NCBI GenBank assembly: GCA_030704615.1
Contig: CM060731.1
Location: forward strand, 36,394,001 to 36,458,000
Reading direction: 5' to 3'
Length of the DNA: 64,000 bases
Origin: Takakia lepidozioides
Taxonomy: Eukaryota > Plantae > Bryophyta
Under the pieces are notes generated by a model that ran no database searches, was not told the DNA's origin, and was given only the letters and a program-made list of their open reading frames with translations. The position numbers and the translations under genes were made by a program. Shown in pieces: positions 63,130 to 64,000 of the stretch (position 1 is the stretch's first letter; every line of letters starts with the position of its first letter).

Positions 63130-63405
63130 ATTCAAAGGGATTCAAACTAATGTCGTGGCAAACTCAGTGTTAAAAAATACTAAATTGAAAGCCACCTTAC
63201 TACTTAAATTAAGGTCACTCACCTTATTCTCAAGGTAATTACTATCAAAATTTAGTGGCTGGTCAATTCAAAGGGATTGAGACTAATGTCGTGGCAAACT
63301 CTGTGGTAAAAGATACCAAATTGAAAGCCATGTTACAACTCGAATTAAGGTCACTCACCTTATTCTCAAAGTAATTCTCACCCTCAAAAATTAGTGGCTA
63401 GCCAA
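63130..63405. repeat. ~136-bp tandem duplication
   Basis: ATTCAAAGGG.ATT.A.ACTAATGTCGTGGCAAACTC...ATTAAGGTCACTCACCTTATTCTCAA.GTAATT...TTAGTGGCT twice. Confidence 0.9.
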
Positions 63406-64000
63406 TGGACCTCTGAGCAAACCTGTGGTCACAGACCACATTGGTGATTCACATGCTGATTGTTACTGGCCATCTGTATGCCCCCATCCCTCATAGATTG
63501 AAAGAAGACACCTTTGAGCCTGAAGTGAAAAAGGCAAGCAGACACTAAGAAGTACTCTACCAAGCTAACCCATCGGAGGTTTGCCAGATCCCAACATTTG
63601 TCCAACAATTCCTGTCACCTGCGTGACAACAACATATGAGCACCAAAGCCAGTGTAAATAAAAGATACTTCTGCTTGCAGGTACTGCCCACAGTCAACGG
63701 TGGGTCCTATCATACATAGCAATAACCTACATTCTGGTAGCACAAAGGATAATGGGGTCTTCACTCTGGCAAGCACAGACTTCAAACGTGCTTGGGTTCA
63801 CCTAACATGTTCTTTGCGTAGACAACAGTGTGACTGAGTTAAGTTTCCCACATTGAAGATAAAACCTGATGTACATCCCGTATTGTAAGTCATCCCTCAT
63901 TTCGGAATCAGTCACCAAATCAAGTCCTATCTGAGCAACCTATTTCAACATGAGCTGTATTACGTTCATGAAACACTCCCAAGAATCTAACCTGTTGTTT

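Overview
Eukaryotic, plant-type nuclear DNA: spliceosomal introns, PLS/DYW PPR remnants, CCD1, LPP-epsilon and an ANT/WRI-type AP2 gene. The PPR-DYW debris and gene style suggest a non-seed land plant such as a fern or lycophyte (inference). Two genes look potentially functional. One is a 4-exon plastid-type lipid phosphate phosphatase epsilon (minus, 9872-11913). The other is a very divergent double-AP2 transcription factor with the diagnostic 9-nt VYL micro-exon (minus, ~57085-60055+), which faces an inverted, decayed copy of its own 3' half. The rest is mostly pseudogenes (5' half of CCD1, three PPR/DYW remnants) and TEs: a CACTA-type transposase, a Copia 3' end with a complete LTR, several pieces of one (CATTT)n-tailed LINE family, and MITEs. 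The most unusual observations are three. (1) An array of four exactly 52-nt tRNA-like elements lacking the anticodon arm, with compensatory stem changes, at 693-1203. (2) A ~1 kb RT segment missing from one LINE copy is found, almost nucleotide-exact and inverted, 4.6 kb upstream inside the CACTA transposase. (3) LINE ORF1 and ORF2 are in frame and separated by a single UAG-G, suggesting stop-codon readthrough. All alignments were done by eye and no database searches were run.
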